Shown here: positions 30,654 to 40,342 of the stretch, piece by piece
Position numbering within the stretch: position 1 is the stretch's first letter
How the letters are laid out: each line of letters opens with the position of its first letter
NCBI GenBank assembly: GCA_963730235.1
Contig: CAVSRH010000007.1
Location: 76,902 to 140,901 of the forward strand
Length of the DNA: 64,000 bases
Direction: 5' to 3'
Source: an uncultured Actinomycetes bacterium
GTDB taxonomy: Bacteria; Actinomycetota; Actinomycetes; Streptosporangiales; Streptosporangiaceae
Program-made: the position numbers and the translations under genes
Notes under the pieces: generated by a model
Told to the model about the DNA's origin: nothing
Seen by the model: only the letters and a program-made list of their open reading frames with translations
Databases searched by the model: none

Positions 30654-31768
30654 CTCCGGTGGCTCCGGGACGCCGCCGGAGCAGGCGGGCGCGGGGTCAC
30701 GAAGCAGCGGCGCTCGTCGGCGATCGGGACATTGCGGACGAAGTCCTCCAGGCGGCAGTGGAACGCCTGCAGGGTGTCCTTCGGGCCCATGGACATGCGG
30801 TAGGACAGCCGCGGCGAGAACCGGCCGGGGATCTGCACCGAGCGCCCCTTGCTCTGGTTGAGGTAGTCCCCGCCGAAGACCACGGCGAAGTGATGGTCCA
30901 GCCAGGTCAGCACGTACCGCGGGATATGCCGGTCGTTCGTGCCGTCCTGGCCGTAGTTGGAGCCGGGGATGGCGGTGGCCAGCGGCCGGAAGCCGGGCAG
31001 GTGATCACGGAACTGCTGGATGCCCCACAGTTCGTTGCCGGTGAACGCCTTACGGAACTGGGCGAACGTCTGCAGGTGGCCGGGCCTGCCCGGGTGGCCG
31101 GGGCGGCCTGGCACCGCCGGGATGTACTGCAGGTAGCCGAACCTCGCCCCGGTTGCGCCCGTGTTGCTGACCTGGATTTTCTCCGGCCCGAAACCGAAAT
31201 GGGATTCAACGTCCCAGGTGCTGCCGCGGTACATCTGCGCAAGCTCGGCCCAGGACACGCTGAACCCGGGGTTGTGCACGACCCAGCCGGGGACGGCGAG
31301 TTCGGTCGCGTGGAAGCCGTCGGCCGTCAGAATCGGGTTGGCGGCCTGGTAGGCGTCCTGCCGTCCGTCGTCGAACGTGAGCAGGACCGGCCGCTCGGGC
31401 AGCCCCCGCAGGTCACCATGCACGTACGCGGCGTACTGCTCGATCGTCAACGTATGGAACCCGCCGAGCTTGAGCGCCCGCATCTGCCCGGCGAACTGCG
31501 CGGTGGAGGTGGTGAGGTAACTCGGGTGGCCGCCGATGCTGTGGTACATGATCACCGGTACCACGTCCCGGTAGCCGGGAAACGACCGCCACTCGCGCCA
31601 CATGGCCGCCTGGCCCGGGCGTGACCGGGGCGCCGGGGCCGCCCCGGACCCGGTGATATGCAACCACCCCACCAGGGCGATGGCCGCGATGCAGGCCAGC
31701 ACGCCCCCGCCGGCCAGCCTGCGAACCCAGGGTGCGTCCAGGCTGCCTGTCCCGCGTTTCCATAGCAT
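30650..31768 (-). CDS. polysaccharide deacetylase (CE4-like) family protein
   Basis: 372-aa ORF. N-terminal TM, VPVIMYHSI and VLLTFDDGRQDAY motifs. Confidence 0.8.
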   Translation of the reverse strand: MLWKRGTGSLDAPWVRRLAGGGVLACIAAIALVGWLHITGSGAAPAPRSRPGQAAMWREWRSFPGYRDVVPVIMYHSIGGHPSYLTTSTAQFAGQMRALKLGGFHTLTIEQYAAYVHGDLRGLPERPVLLTFDDGRQDAYQAANPILTADGFHATELAVPGWVVHNPGFSVSWAELAQMYRGSTWDVESHFGFGPEKIQVSNTGATGARFGYLQYIPAVPGRPGHPGRPGHLQTFAQFRKAFTGNELWGIQQFRDHLPGFRPLATAIPGSNYGQDGTNDRHIPRYVLTWLDHHFAVVFGGDYLNQSKGRSVQIPGRFSPRLSYRMSMGPKDTLQAFHCRLEDFVRNVPIADERRCFVTPRPPAPAASRSHRS

Positions 31769-31864
31769 TCGGCTGAGCGTAACGTAAACGACTGATTACT
31801 CAGCGCTACTTTGCCGAGTGGTGGGCCAGGTGTAGCGCGGGGGTTGCGGGGAAGTGTGCCGCGC

Positions 31865-32542
31865 ATGAAAGCTTGGCGGGTGGCGGTGTGTGCCGGCGTC
31901 GTGGCCCTGGCGGGCTGTTCTGGTGCGCACCGGGCGCCGCCGCATACGGTCGCGATGCCGCGCGATGGCCGGGACAGCGCGGCCCTTGAGGTGGTGAACG
32001 GGGCGACCACGATCACCGTCGGCACCGCCGATATCGGCGGCAACCTGATCCGGGCGTCGACGCCAGCCAACTCGGGCATCCGGCCTGTCCTCGCCGGCCA
32101 CGGCCAGGTGCTGCTGCATCTGGAGGCGACCGGCCAGAGCGGCCCGGCGGTGGTCCGCATCCTGCTGAACCCGCATGTCCTGTGGCGGCTGCGGTTCGCC
32201 GGCGGTACCAGCACGACCACGGTGAGCCTGGGCCACGGCCGGGTCAGCGCGGTGGACTTCGCGGCCGGGAGCAGCGTGATCACGATGACCCTGCCGCGGC
32301 CCGCCGGCACCGCCCCGGTGGTGCTGGCCGGTGGGGCGAGCCGGGCCACGCTGAGCCTGCCCGCCGGGGTGCCCGCCCGGCTGCGCCTGGACGGCGGCGC
32401 CGCGTCGGCGACGCTGGCCGGCCAGACCCATATCGGCGTGGCCGGCGGCACCGTGCTCGCCGCGCCGGGGTGGGCCCAGGCGGCCAGCCGCTACGACATC
32501 GACGCCACCGCAGGCGTCTCGGCGGTGTCCGTTGCCGGATAG
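31865..32542 (+). CDS. putative lipoprotein
   Basis: ATG 31865. MKAWRVAVCAGVVALAGCSG lipobox. Beta-rich Gly/Ala/Thr body. No family assigned. Confidence 0.6.
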   Translation: MKAWRVAVCAGVVALAGCSGAHRAPPHTVAMPRDGRDSAALEVVNGATTITVGTADIGGNLIRASTPANSGIRPVLAGHGQVLLHLEATGQSGPAVVRILLNPHVLWRLRFAGGTSTTTVSLGHGRVSAVDFAAGSSVITMTLPRPAGTAPVVLAGGASRATLSLPAGVPARLRLDGGAASATLAGQTHIGVAGGTVLAAPGWAQAASRYDIDATAGVSAVSVAG

Positions 32543-32561
32543 CGGTGCGCCGGCGCCTGGA

Positions 32562-32951
32562 TCAGCGCCGGCGGCGCAGCGCGAGCCAGGCCAGCACGAC
32601 GAGGGCGGCAAGCGATGCGGACGCGACCTTCCCGCGGTTCGTGCGCACGATGACCGCTGCCTGACCGGCGGACCGCTGCACCGGCACCGGGGCGGCAGCA
32701 CGGACGGCCTGGCCCGCCGCGGCGGCCCGCTTCGCCGCCGGGGCGCCGATGCCCTGGGCGGCGTCCCTGGCCGCGCGGGCCTTGCCGCGCAGATCGTCCT
32801 TGACCTCCGCCACCCGGTGCTGCGCCCGCCCCTTCACGTCGGCTTTCGCGGCCAGGGCCTCGACGGTCTCGCCGAGTTGCTCACGGGTGCGCTCGATCTC
32901 CCCGGTGAGGGCTTCTTCCTCCGGTGTGCGGCTGCCCGCGGCATCGTTCAT
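32562..32951 (-). CDS. DUF3618 domain protein
   Basis: 129 aa. EIERTREQLGETVEALAAKADVKGR, then a C-terminal TM anchor. The ATG overlaps the upstream stop (ATGA). Confidence 0.65.
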   Translation of the reverse strand: MNDAAGSRTPEEEALTGEIERTREQLGETVEALAAKADVKGRAQHRVAEVKDDLRGKARAARDAAQGIGAPAAKRAAAAGQAVRAAAPVPVQRSAGQAAVIVRTNRGKVASASLAALVVLAWLALRRRR

Positions 32952-33376
32952 CGGTGCGCACTCTCCTTGATCTGCTCCACGTCGGCCTTGACGCTGTCGG
33001 CAGCCCGGCTGGGCATCGGCGGTGTCGCCTTCTTGAGCTGGCCCTTTCCGGCGAGTGCGGCGATGCCCGCGACGGCGAACAGTGCCACGCCGACGATCAG
33101 CGCGGCCAGCCACGGGCGCATCACCCCGGCCAGCGCGATGATCGCCGCGGCCAGCAGGCACCCGGTCCCGTACAGGGCCATGACGCCGCTGCCGCCGAAC
33201 AGGCCCGCGCCGCGCACGGCCGTCTTGGCCTTGCCGGTCATCTCCAGCGTGGCCAGCTTCACCTCGTCCCGCACTAGTTGCGAAACCTGCTCGGAAAGCT
33301 GCTTCACCAGCTGGCCGGCCGGTACCTCGCTGGTCTCCCCCCGAAGACGCCTGGTTCCCGAGGACTGTCATTGCCA
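32948..33376 (-). CDS. phage holin family protein (actinobacterial Holin-X-like); N-terminus needs a 1-nt correction
   Basis: LVKQLSEQVSQLVRDEVKLA...GLFGGSGVMALYGTGCLLAAAIIALA. Shortening the run of six C at 33339-44 (six G on the coding strand) by 1 nt joins ATG 33376 (MAMTVLGNQASSGETSEVPAGQ) to the GTG-33307 ORF. Confidence 0.65.
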
Positions 33377-33446
33377 TGTCCCTCCTGCTGCCGGCCGTGT
33401 CCATGGCGGCGCGCACACTCGGGCCCGCTACCCGGGCGCCGGGCGG

Positions 33447-34286
33447 TTACACCACGTCGAACTTGTCCGGGTCGGGGCCGGTGCGCTGGTCCCGGTTCAG
33501 CGAGGTGATCGCTTCGTGGTCCGCGCCGGACAGCTCGAAGTCGAAGACGGCGATGTTCTCCCTGATGCGGGCCGGGGTGACCGATTTGGGGAAGACGATG
33601 TCGCCGCGCTGGATGTGCCAGCGCAGCACGACCTGGGCCGGGGTCTTGCCCGCCGTCTCGGCGATCGAGATGACCACCGGGTCGGACAGCAGGTCGCCAC
33701 CACGCGCCAGCGGTGACCAGGCCTCGATCGCGATCTGGTGCCCGGTGCAGAACTCCCGCACCTCCTGCTGGGTCAGGTACGGGTGCATCTCGATCTGGTC
33801 GACCGCCGGGGTGATCTCGCACTCGGTGTGCAGGCGCCGCAGGTGGTGCGGCTGGAAGTTGGACACGCCGATGGACCGGGCCCGCCCGTCCCGGTAGAAC
33901 TCCTCCAGGGCCTGCCAGGTCGACACGTAGTCGCCGTCGTAACGGGATGGCAGCGGCCAGTGGATCAGGAACAGGTCGATATAGCTGAAGCCGAGCGCGT
34001 CCAGTGAGCCGGCGAACGCGCGGCGGGCGTCGTCGGGCCGGTGGCTGTCGTTGGCCAGCTTGCTGGTGACGAAGATGTCCGCGCGGTCCAGGCCGGACTT
34101 GGCGATGGCCTCGCCGACCTCGCGCTCGTTGCCGTACATCTGCGCGGTGTCGATGTGCCGGTAGCCCGCCTGCAGCGCCGTGGTCACGGCGTCCGCGGTG
34201 TCCTCCGGCTTGACCTTGAAGACACCGAAGCCAAGCTGCGGGATCATCCGGCCGTTGTTCAGCATGATCTCGGGTATCACGGTCAC
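33447..34286 (-). CDS. aldo/keto reductase (2,5-diketo-D-gluconate reductase-like)
   Basis: 279-aa intact ORF. GYRHIDTAQMYGNE, LFLIHWP, GVSNF and IPKS-type VFPKSVTPARI. Confidence 0.93.
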   Translation of the reverse strand: MTVIPEIMLNNGRMIPQLGFGVFKVKPEDTADAVTTALQAGYRHIDTAQMYGNEREVGEAIAKSGLDRADIFVTSKLANDSHRPDDARRAFAGSLDALGFSYIDLFLIHWPLPSRYDGDYVSTWQALEEFYRDGRARSIGVSNFQPHHLRRLHTECEITPAVDQIEMHPYLTQQEVREFCTGHQIAIEAWSPLARGGDLLSDPVVISIAETAGKTPAQVVLRWHIQRGDIVFPKSVTPARIRENIAVFDFELSGADHEAITSLNRDQRTGPDPDKFDVV

Positions 34287-34477
34287 GGGCTTTTCCCTCT
34301 CGTCCTGATGCGGATCGAATGAGCCGATCTTTTCGCCTCAGCGTTCCTGCCCGGGCCCGGCTGCTTCATCCACCCGGCCGGGCCGGCGTAGTCTTGCATT
34401 GTCGCTAGGTAAGGATCAGAGTAGTGACATGCCCCGGCGCCAGAAGGCCGGGCCAACGGCCGTCGGAGGATCCCAGC

Positions 34478-37213
34478 GTGCGCAGACTCGCCTGGTCGCA
34501 GGTGCGGTTCCGGGCCGGCCGGGCGCTGGCGCTGCTGGCCGGGATGCTCGTCGCGACCACGGCGTTCACCGTGCTGACCGCCGCAGCCCGCACGGCGCAG
34601 CTGCGCACCATCGGCACCGTGTCCACGCACTTCCGCCCCGCCTACGACATCCTGGTCCGCCCGCGGGGCGCGCGCAGCGCCCTGGAGTCGGCGACCGGCA
34701 CGGTGCAGCCGGACTTCCTGTCGGGTATCTACGGCGGGATCACCATGGCCCAGTACCACCAGATCCAGCGCATCTCCGGGGTGCAGGTGGCGGCGCCGAT
34801 CGCCATGGTGGGGTACAGCCTGATGTACGGCTCCTTCCCGGTATGGCTGCCCCATGCCGACACCGCCCGCCCCGGGCGCCAGCTTTACCGGGTCAGCACC
34901 ACCTGGGTGAGCGCGAACGGCGCCAGCCGGTACACCGAGCCGCCCACCTACGTCTACGTCACGCCGGACCGGCTCCAGTACCACCGGGCCAGCGGCGCGC
35001 AGACCGAGTTCCTGCCGGGCGGCAGGACGGCGACCCCGTGCCCGGCCAGCGGGGCCGAGACGGCCAGCAGCCCGTTCAGCTACGCCGCGCTGGCCAGCAC
35101 CTGGTGCTGGTCGAAGGCCGACGGGCAGGGCGCCCCGGCGACGGAGCTGATCCCGGACCTGGGCAGCCGCCCGGGCTTCGCGCTCAACTGGCAGTTCCCG
35201 ATGCTGATCGCGGCGATCGACCCGGCGGCCGAGGCCAGGCTCGACGGCCTCAGCCACGCGCTGACCTCGGGCCAGTACCTGCCGGAGACCGGCTACGGGA
35301 CGGGCCCGAACGCCCGCTATTTCCAGCAGGGCGACGGGTTCCCCGTGCTGGCCGCGGCGGACAGTGGCATCGGCGAGTACTCGGTGAGCAAGGTTCAGGA
35401 ACTGGCCGCCCCCCGGTCGGCGCCGGAGCTGAACACGGCGACGATGCGCAGGGACGCGGCGCTGCCCGGCCACACGGTGCTCAGCAACACGATCACCGCC
35501 CGGCAGGCGTACCAGTACCTATTCCACGGGCTGAAAACCCGCACCAGGCAGGGCCTCATCAGCGCGCTCGGGCAGTACTGGTCCGTGGGCCCGGTGCACT
35601 ACCGGCGTGGCGGCGGCGGCCTGATCCCCGCCGTGGTGCACAACCCGGTCTCGGTATGGGGGACCAAGCAGAGCGGGTTCTGGTTCCCCCCGCCCGACAA
35701 CGCCGACACCCAGTACCGGGCGCTGCAGATCCGCACGCTTCCCAGCGGGACCACCCTGGCGCCGCTGCCGGTACCGGTCGGGACCTTCAGCCAGGCGAAG
35801 ATCGCTGCCTTCGATCCGCTGTCGCGGGTGCCGCTCGGGCCCTACCAGCCGACGGCGGCCGCGCCGGCCGACGCGGCGAGCCGGGCGGCGCTGCACGGCG
35901 CGGACCTGCTGCCCAGCCTCAATCTCGGCGGCTACGTGACCCAGCCGGTGCAGCTCATCACCAGCCTGGCGGCGCTGCGGACCGTGGAGGCCCGCAAGTT
36001 CATCGGCGACGCGCCATTGCGCCGCGCCCCGATCAGCGTGATCCGGGTCCGCGTCGCCGGGGTCACCGGGCCGGACCCGGTGTCCCTCGCCCGGATCAAG
36101 GCGGTGGCCCAGCAGATCGAGCTGCGGACCCACCTGACCGTGGACATCGTCGCCGGGTCGTCCCCGCAGCCCACCACGGTCGCCCTGCCGGCCAGCAAGT
36201 TCGGCAGGCCCGCGCTGCTGCTGTCGGAGAACTGGGTCAGGAAGGGCGTCGCGGTGTCGATCCTGGACGCGGTGGACCGCAGCAGCGTGGTGCTCTTCGT
36301 ACTGATCCTGATCGTCTGCGCGCTGTTCGTGGCCAACTCGGCCACCGCCGCGGTCCGGGGCCGCCGGCAGGAACTGGGGGTGCTGGCGGCCCTGGGCTGG
36401 ACCCGGCCCCGGCTGTTCGCCGCCGTCCTCGGCGAGGTGGCGCTGACCGGCCTGATCGCCGGCGTCCTCGGCGCGCTGCTGTCCCCGCCGCTGGCCGCGG
36501 CGCTGGGGCTGCACGCCTCCCCGGCCCGCGCGGCCCTGGCCATCCCGGTCGCGGTGGCGCTGGCGGTCGTGGCCGGCCTGGTGCCAGCGTGGCTGGCCGC
36601 CCGCGCCGACCCCGTTGCCTCGGTCCGGCCGCCGGTGCTGGAGGTGCGCCGCGCCCGGCAGCCGTCCGGGATCACCGGCCTTGCCGCGGTGAACCTGCTC
36701 CGCACGCCCGGGCGCACGCTCATTGGGGCGCTCAGCCTCGCCGTCGGCGTCACCGCGCTCACCCTGCTCATCGCGGTCACGCTGGCGTTCCGTGGCGATG
36801 TCATCGGCACGCTGCTCGGCAACGTCGTGACGGTCCAGGTCCGCGGCGTCGACTACATCGCGGTCGCGGCGACCGTCATCCTCGGCGTGCTGGCGGTCGC
36901 CGATGCCCTGCTGATCAGCATCACCGAGCGGGCGCCGGAGCTCGCGACGATCCGCGCCTTCGGCTGGCCCGAGGCGGCGCTGCGCCGCCTGGTGATCACG
37001 GAGGGAGCCCTGACCGGGATCGCCGGCTCGGTCACCGGTGCCGTGCTCGGCCTGGCGGGCGCCGCCGTGTTCGCGGGCCAGCTCCCGCCACTGCTGTTCG
37101 CCGCCGCGGGCACGGCGGTCGCGGCCGGCGTGCTGGTGACCTGCGCGGCCGCGCTGCTCCCCGCGCACCTGCTCCGCCGGCTGCCCACCGCACAGCTACT
37201 CGCCCAGGAATGA
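34478..37213 (+). CDS. FtsX-like ABC transporter permease with a large extracytoplasmic domain and two FtsX modules
   Basis: GTG 34478 with GGAGGA 8 nt upstream; the ORF is open from 34424. TM1, a ~600-aa external region, then two FtsX 3-TM modules (ELGVLAALGWTRPRL, ELATIRAFGWPEAAL). Confidence 0.85.
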   Translation: MRRLAWSQVRFRAGRALALLAGMLVATTAFTVLTAAARTAQLRTIGTVSTHFRPAYDILVRPRGARSALESATGTVQPDFLSGIYGGITMAQYHQIQRISGVQVAAPIAMVGYSLMYGSFPVWLPHADTARPGRQLYRVSTTWVSANGASRYTEPPTYVYVTPDRLQYHRASGAQTEFLPGGRTATPCPASGAETASSPFSYAALASTWCWSKADGQGAPATELIPDLGSRPGFALNWQFPMLIAAIDPAAEARLDGLSHALTSGQYLPETGYGTGPNARYFQQGDGFPVLAAADSGIGEYSVSKVQELAAPRSAPELNTATMRRDAALPGHTVLSNTITARQAYQYLFHGLKTRTRQGLISALGQYWSVGPVHYRRGGGGLIPAVVHNPVSVWGTKQSGFWFPPPDNADTQYRALQIRTLPSGTTLAPLPVPVGTFSQAKIAAFDPLSRVPLGPYQPTAAAPADAASRAALHGADLLPSLNLGGYVTQPVQLITSLAALRTVEARKFIGDAPLRRAPISVIRVRVAGVTGPDPVSLARIKAVAQQIELRTHLTVDIVAGSSPQPTTVALPASKFGRPALLLSENWVRKGVAVSILDAVDRSSVVLFVLILIVCALFVANSATAAVRGRRQELGVLAALGWTRPRLFAAVLGEVALTGLIAGVLGALLSPPLAAALGLHASPARAALAIPVAVALAVVAGLVPAWLAARADPVASVRPPVLEVRRARQPSGITGLAAVNLLRTPGRTLIGALSLAVGVTALTLLIAVTLAFRGDVIGTLLGNVVTVQVRGVDYIAVAATVILGVLAVADALLISITERAPELATIRAFGWPEAALRRLVITEGALTGIAGSVTGAVLGLAGAAVFAGQLPPLLFAAAGTAVAAGVLVTCAAALLPAHLLRRLPTAQLLAQE

Positions 37214-37220
37214 GCGTCTC

Positions 37221-40200
37221 TCAGGCGACGATCGTTTCCTCCAGGCTGATCAGGTTCGGCGGCGGCTGCAGGCCGAGTTCGGCCAGGGCGGCGCGGGCCC
37301 GGCGCACCACGGTCAGCGCGGCCCCGCGGCGGCCCTGCTCCAGCAGCGCCGCCGCGGCGCGCAGGTACCTGGCGTCGTCATAGGGCGCGAGGTCGATGGT
37401 CAGCTCGATGACCCGCCGGGTCTCGTCGAGGTCGCCGCGCAAGGCGGCCGCGTCGGCACACAGGTCCAGCAGCGCGAGCATGGCCCGGCGGGCCCGGTCC
37501 CGCGGCGCGCGGGCCCACTCCTCGTACAGGTCGTCGGGGAGCACGTCACCGCGGTACCGGGCGACGGCGGCCCGGGCCACGGCCACCGCGAGGGCCGGCT
37601 CGGCCAGGCCCAGCGCCAGCGCGCGGCGGCCCTCGGCCTGGAACAGCTCCAGGTCGACCTGCACCTCGGGGGCCAGCATCAGCATCTCGCCCGCCCGGAC
37701 GATCACCTCACCGGCCTCGGCCCGCTGGCGGTTGAGCACGGTCCGCAGCCGGTTGCGTCCCGCCTCCCGGCCAGCCTCCGGCCACAGCGCGTCGATGGCC
37801 ACCTCCGCGGGCACCCGCCCGCCGGAGACGGCCACCAGCTTCAGCAGCTGGGTCGCCTGTCCCGGGCTCAGCGGCACTGGCCGGCCGCCACGGGTGAGGG
37901 TGAACCGGCCGAGCACCGAGACCCACACGGGCAGCGCCGCCGCCTCCAGCGCCAGGGCGGCCGGCTGGCCGGTCTCCACGGCGAGGCCGAGCAGTTCCTC
38001 GGTGATCGCGCCTTCCTTGGTGTAGGGCAGGTGGGCCAGCCCCAGCCGGGCCGCCTCCTCGAAGGCGCGCGCCGCCAGGGCCCCGGCCTCCGCGTCGCCC
38101 CGGCGGAACGCCGCGTAGGCCCGCAGCAGGGTGAGCCGCCAGTACTCCCGGGGGGCGACCTGGTGACCCGGCGCGGCCAGCAGCTTCGCCTCGGCGAGGT
38201 CCGCGTCGCCGTGCCGGGCCAGCAGCGCGGCCTCGGCCATGGCGATCATCGGCTCGGCATCCTGGGGATCGGACCGGGCCCGCCGGAGGTAATCAATCGC
38301 CAGCGCGCTGTGCCCGACCCGGTCGAGGCAGTCGGCCGCCTCCGCGAGGAACTCGGCCCCCGCCCGGGTCCACCAGACGCCCTTGTGCACCTCGGCCAGG
38401 CGGATCTGCTTTACCGTCTCCGCGGCGTCCCGGCGCTGGGACGCCGACATGGCCAGCAGCCAGTGACTGTAGCCGTGCAGGATCTCCGCGTGGTTGAGGT
38501 CCGCGGCCACCCGCAGGATCTCCCGCACGTCCGCCTCGCACTGATCGTGCCTGCCCAGCTCGATGGACACCTCGGCATGAAAGATCAGCAGGTAGGCCCG
38601 TTTGCGCGGCCGGTCCACGATCAGGCTGAGCCCGGCTTCGAGGTGCTCCAGCGCGGCGTTCGCCTCACCGCGCGGGAAGTCGATCCACATCGCCTGGTAG
38701 GGCACCAGGCCGGCACGGGCGGTCCGCATCCCGAGCTGGTCGAACAACCGGGCCGCCCGGTCGAAGTACCGCTCGGCGTCCCGCAGCGCGGCCAGGTCCC
38801 GGCAGCCCCCGGCGTCGAGCTTCCAGCAGTTCGCCCGGCCCAGCACCGAGAGCGCGCGGGCCCGGGTGAGCCACTCGTCGCGCTGGCAGGCGGCGAGCAC
38901 GCGCTGCGCCGCGTCCGCGGCCGTCTCGTACTGGGTATCCCTGACCAGGTCGCTGGCCCGTTCGGCGGCGATCGCGCGGATCAGCCGCTGGTCACCCGTG
39001 GCCCAGGCGATGGCGGTGGCCCGCTCCAGTGCCTCGCCACGCTGGTCGATCATCGCCGCGGTCTCGCAGCTCAGCGCGAAGTACAGCAGCAGGGCGGGAT
39101 GCTCCTCGATAGCCGCGGCGGGCAGCCGGTCGATGACGGCCTGGAACTCACGCACATCGAGGGCCTCGATCGTGGCCAGCGATCCTTCGGACAGCAGCCG
39201 CGCGGCCGAGCCCGCATCGCCGAACGCCAGCATGAGCTGCAGCGCCGCGCCCAGTTGCCCGCGCCGCGCGTACTCGGCGCCGGCCCGGCGCAGCACGGCG
39301 GGGTCCGGGGGGCGGAGCGAGGCGAGGTAGTCCCGGACCGGCCCGGGCAGATCCCACCAGTCGTCCTGGCCGGGGGTGAACGGGATCCCGGCGGCCAGGG
39401 CGCGGGCGAAGTAGCCCTCGGCCTGCGTGGCCGCCTCGACCGTCGGCGCATCGAGCAGCGGCAGCCTGCCGACCTGGGCGAGCGCCTGGCGTTCCGCGGG
39501 CGGGAGGGTGTCGAGCGCCTCGTGCAGGATCGCCGCGACCGCGCTGAACGGCTGGTCCGGGTCGCTCGCCGTGGCCAGCGCGCTGACGTCCTCGCCGGTG
39601 CGCTGGGCGCGGGCCGCGGCCAGCGCCGTGGCGGCGGTCCATCCGCCGGTCGCCCGTTCCAGCCGGGCCACCTCGGCGGGGCCGATGTCGAGCCCGAATC
39701 CGGTGCGGCACAGTTGCAGGGTCTCCTCCGGCCGCAGCGCCAGGTCGCCGGCGGTCAGCTGGACGCAGTCCGCCCGGCGCAGCCGCCCGGTGCCCTCCGG
39801 AAGGCGCCGGGCGAGCACGACGAGGTGCTGGCCGGGCCGCAACTGCTCGGCGATGCGCTCGATCAGCCCGCCCGCGCCGCGGCCGGCGTGGTGGGCGTCA
39901 TCCACGATGAACGTGCACTGCTCGCAGGCCAGCGCGCCGAGCAGGGCATCGACCGCGCCGGTGGCGTCCTCACCTGCCTCCGCCATGGTGGCGGCGGCCT
40001 CGGTGAAGCCCGCGTGCGCCGCCGCGGTGCGCAGCCGGGCGGCGAAGAGCTGGGCGGGCATGCCGCCCTCGTGCAGCACCACCTCGATCGCCACCGACCG
40101 CCACATGTCGGCCAGTTCGGCGCCCAGGACGGTCTTGCCGTACCCGGCGGCCGCCTCCATCACCACGGCGCCTGCCCGGTGGCAGGGTGCGGTCAGCCGT

Positions 40201-40256
40201 GGGCGCCGGACATGGTGCGGGGGCAGACGGCCCAATTCGGAGCCTCTCTCGGCCAC
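37221..40256 (-). CDS. MalT-like STAND ATPase / TPR-like region / C-terminal SARP module (wHTH + BTAD)
   Basis: 1011-aa intact ORF, GTG start. Walker A AAAGYGKT and Walker B FIVDDAHH. C-terminus VSVLGRFTLTRGGRPVPL...IDALWPE...YRGDVLPDDLYEEWA... Confidence 0.85.
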   Translation of the reverse strand: MAERGSELGRLPPHHVRRPRLTAPCHRAGAVVMEAAAGYGKTVLGAELADMWRSVAIEVVLHEGGMPAQLFAARLRTAAAHAGFTEAAATMAEAGEDATGAVDALLGALACEQCTFIVDDAHHAGRGAGGLIERIAEQLRPGQHLVVLARRLPEGTGRLRRADCVQLTAGDLALRPEETLQLCRTGFGLDIGPAEVARLERATGGWTAATALAAARAQRTGEDVSALATASDPDQPFSAVAAILHEALDTLPPAERQALAQVGRLPLLDAPTVEAATQAEGYFARALAAGIPFTPGQDDWWDLPGPVRDYLASLRPPDPAVLRRAGAEYARRGQLGAALQLMLAFGDAGSAARLLSEGSLATIEALDVREFQAVIDRLPAAAIEEHPALLLYFALSCETAAMIDQRGEALERATAIAWATGDQRLIRAIAAERASDLVRDTQYETAADAAQRVLAACQRDEWLTRARALSVLGRANCWKLDAGGCRDLAALRDAERYFDRAARLFDQLGMRTARAGLVPYQAMWIDFPRGEANAALEHLEAGLSLIVDRPRKRAYLLIFHAEVSIELGRHDQCEADVREILRVAADLNHAEILHGYSHWLLAMSASQRRDAAETVKQIRLAEVHKGVWWTRAGAEFLAEAADCLDRVGHSALAIDYLRRARSDPQDAEPMIAMAEAALLARHGDADLAEAKLLAAPGHQVAPREYWRLTLLRAYAAFRRGDAEAGALAARAFEEAARLGLAHLPYTKEGAITEELLGLAVETGQPAALALEAAALPVWVSVLGRFTLTRGGRPVPLSPGQATQLLKLVAVSGGRVPAEVAIDALWPEAGREAGRNRLRTVLNRQRAEAGEVIVRAGEMLMLAPEVQVDLELFQAEGRRALALGLAEPALAVAVARAAVARYRGDVLPDDLYEEWARAPRDRARRAMLALLDLCADAAALRGDLDETRRVIELTIDLAPYDDARYLRAAAALLEQGRRGAALTVVRRARAALAELGLQPPPNLISLEETIVA

Positions 40257-40310
40257 CAGCCGCCGGGGCCGCCGGCGGCTGGTGCCAGGAGCGTAAGAGC
40301 GCTATCCGCC

Positions 40311-40342
40311 GAAAATACCCGGCGTGTGACGTTCGTGTGACG
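40311..40342 (-). promoter_or_regulatory. direct repeat CGTCACACG-N2-CGTCACACG (11-nt period), then CCCGGG and TATTTT; candidate SARP-dependent promoter
   Basis: Minus-strand reading of 40342-40311. Exact 9-mers at 40334-42 and 40323-31. The -10-like hexamer at 40316-40311 lies 55 nt upstream of GTG 40256. Confidence 0.5.

Noticed and set aside
37221-40256. Considered whether the STAND ATPase could be an Avs-like antiphage sensor.
   Set aside because: Its C-terminal module is a SARP DNA-binding/BTAD domain rather than a nuclease, protease or other effector. It has a candidate autoregulatory box, and no phage-defence neighbours are present. A transcriptional regulator is the better reading.
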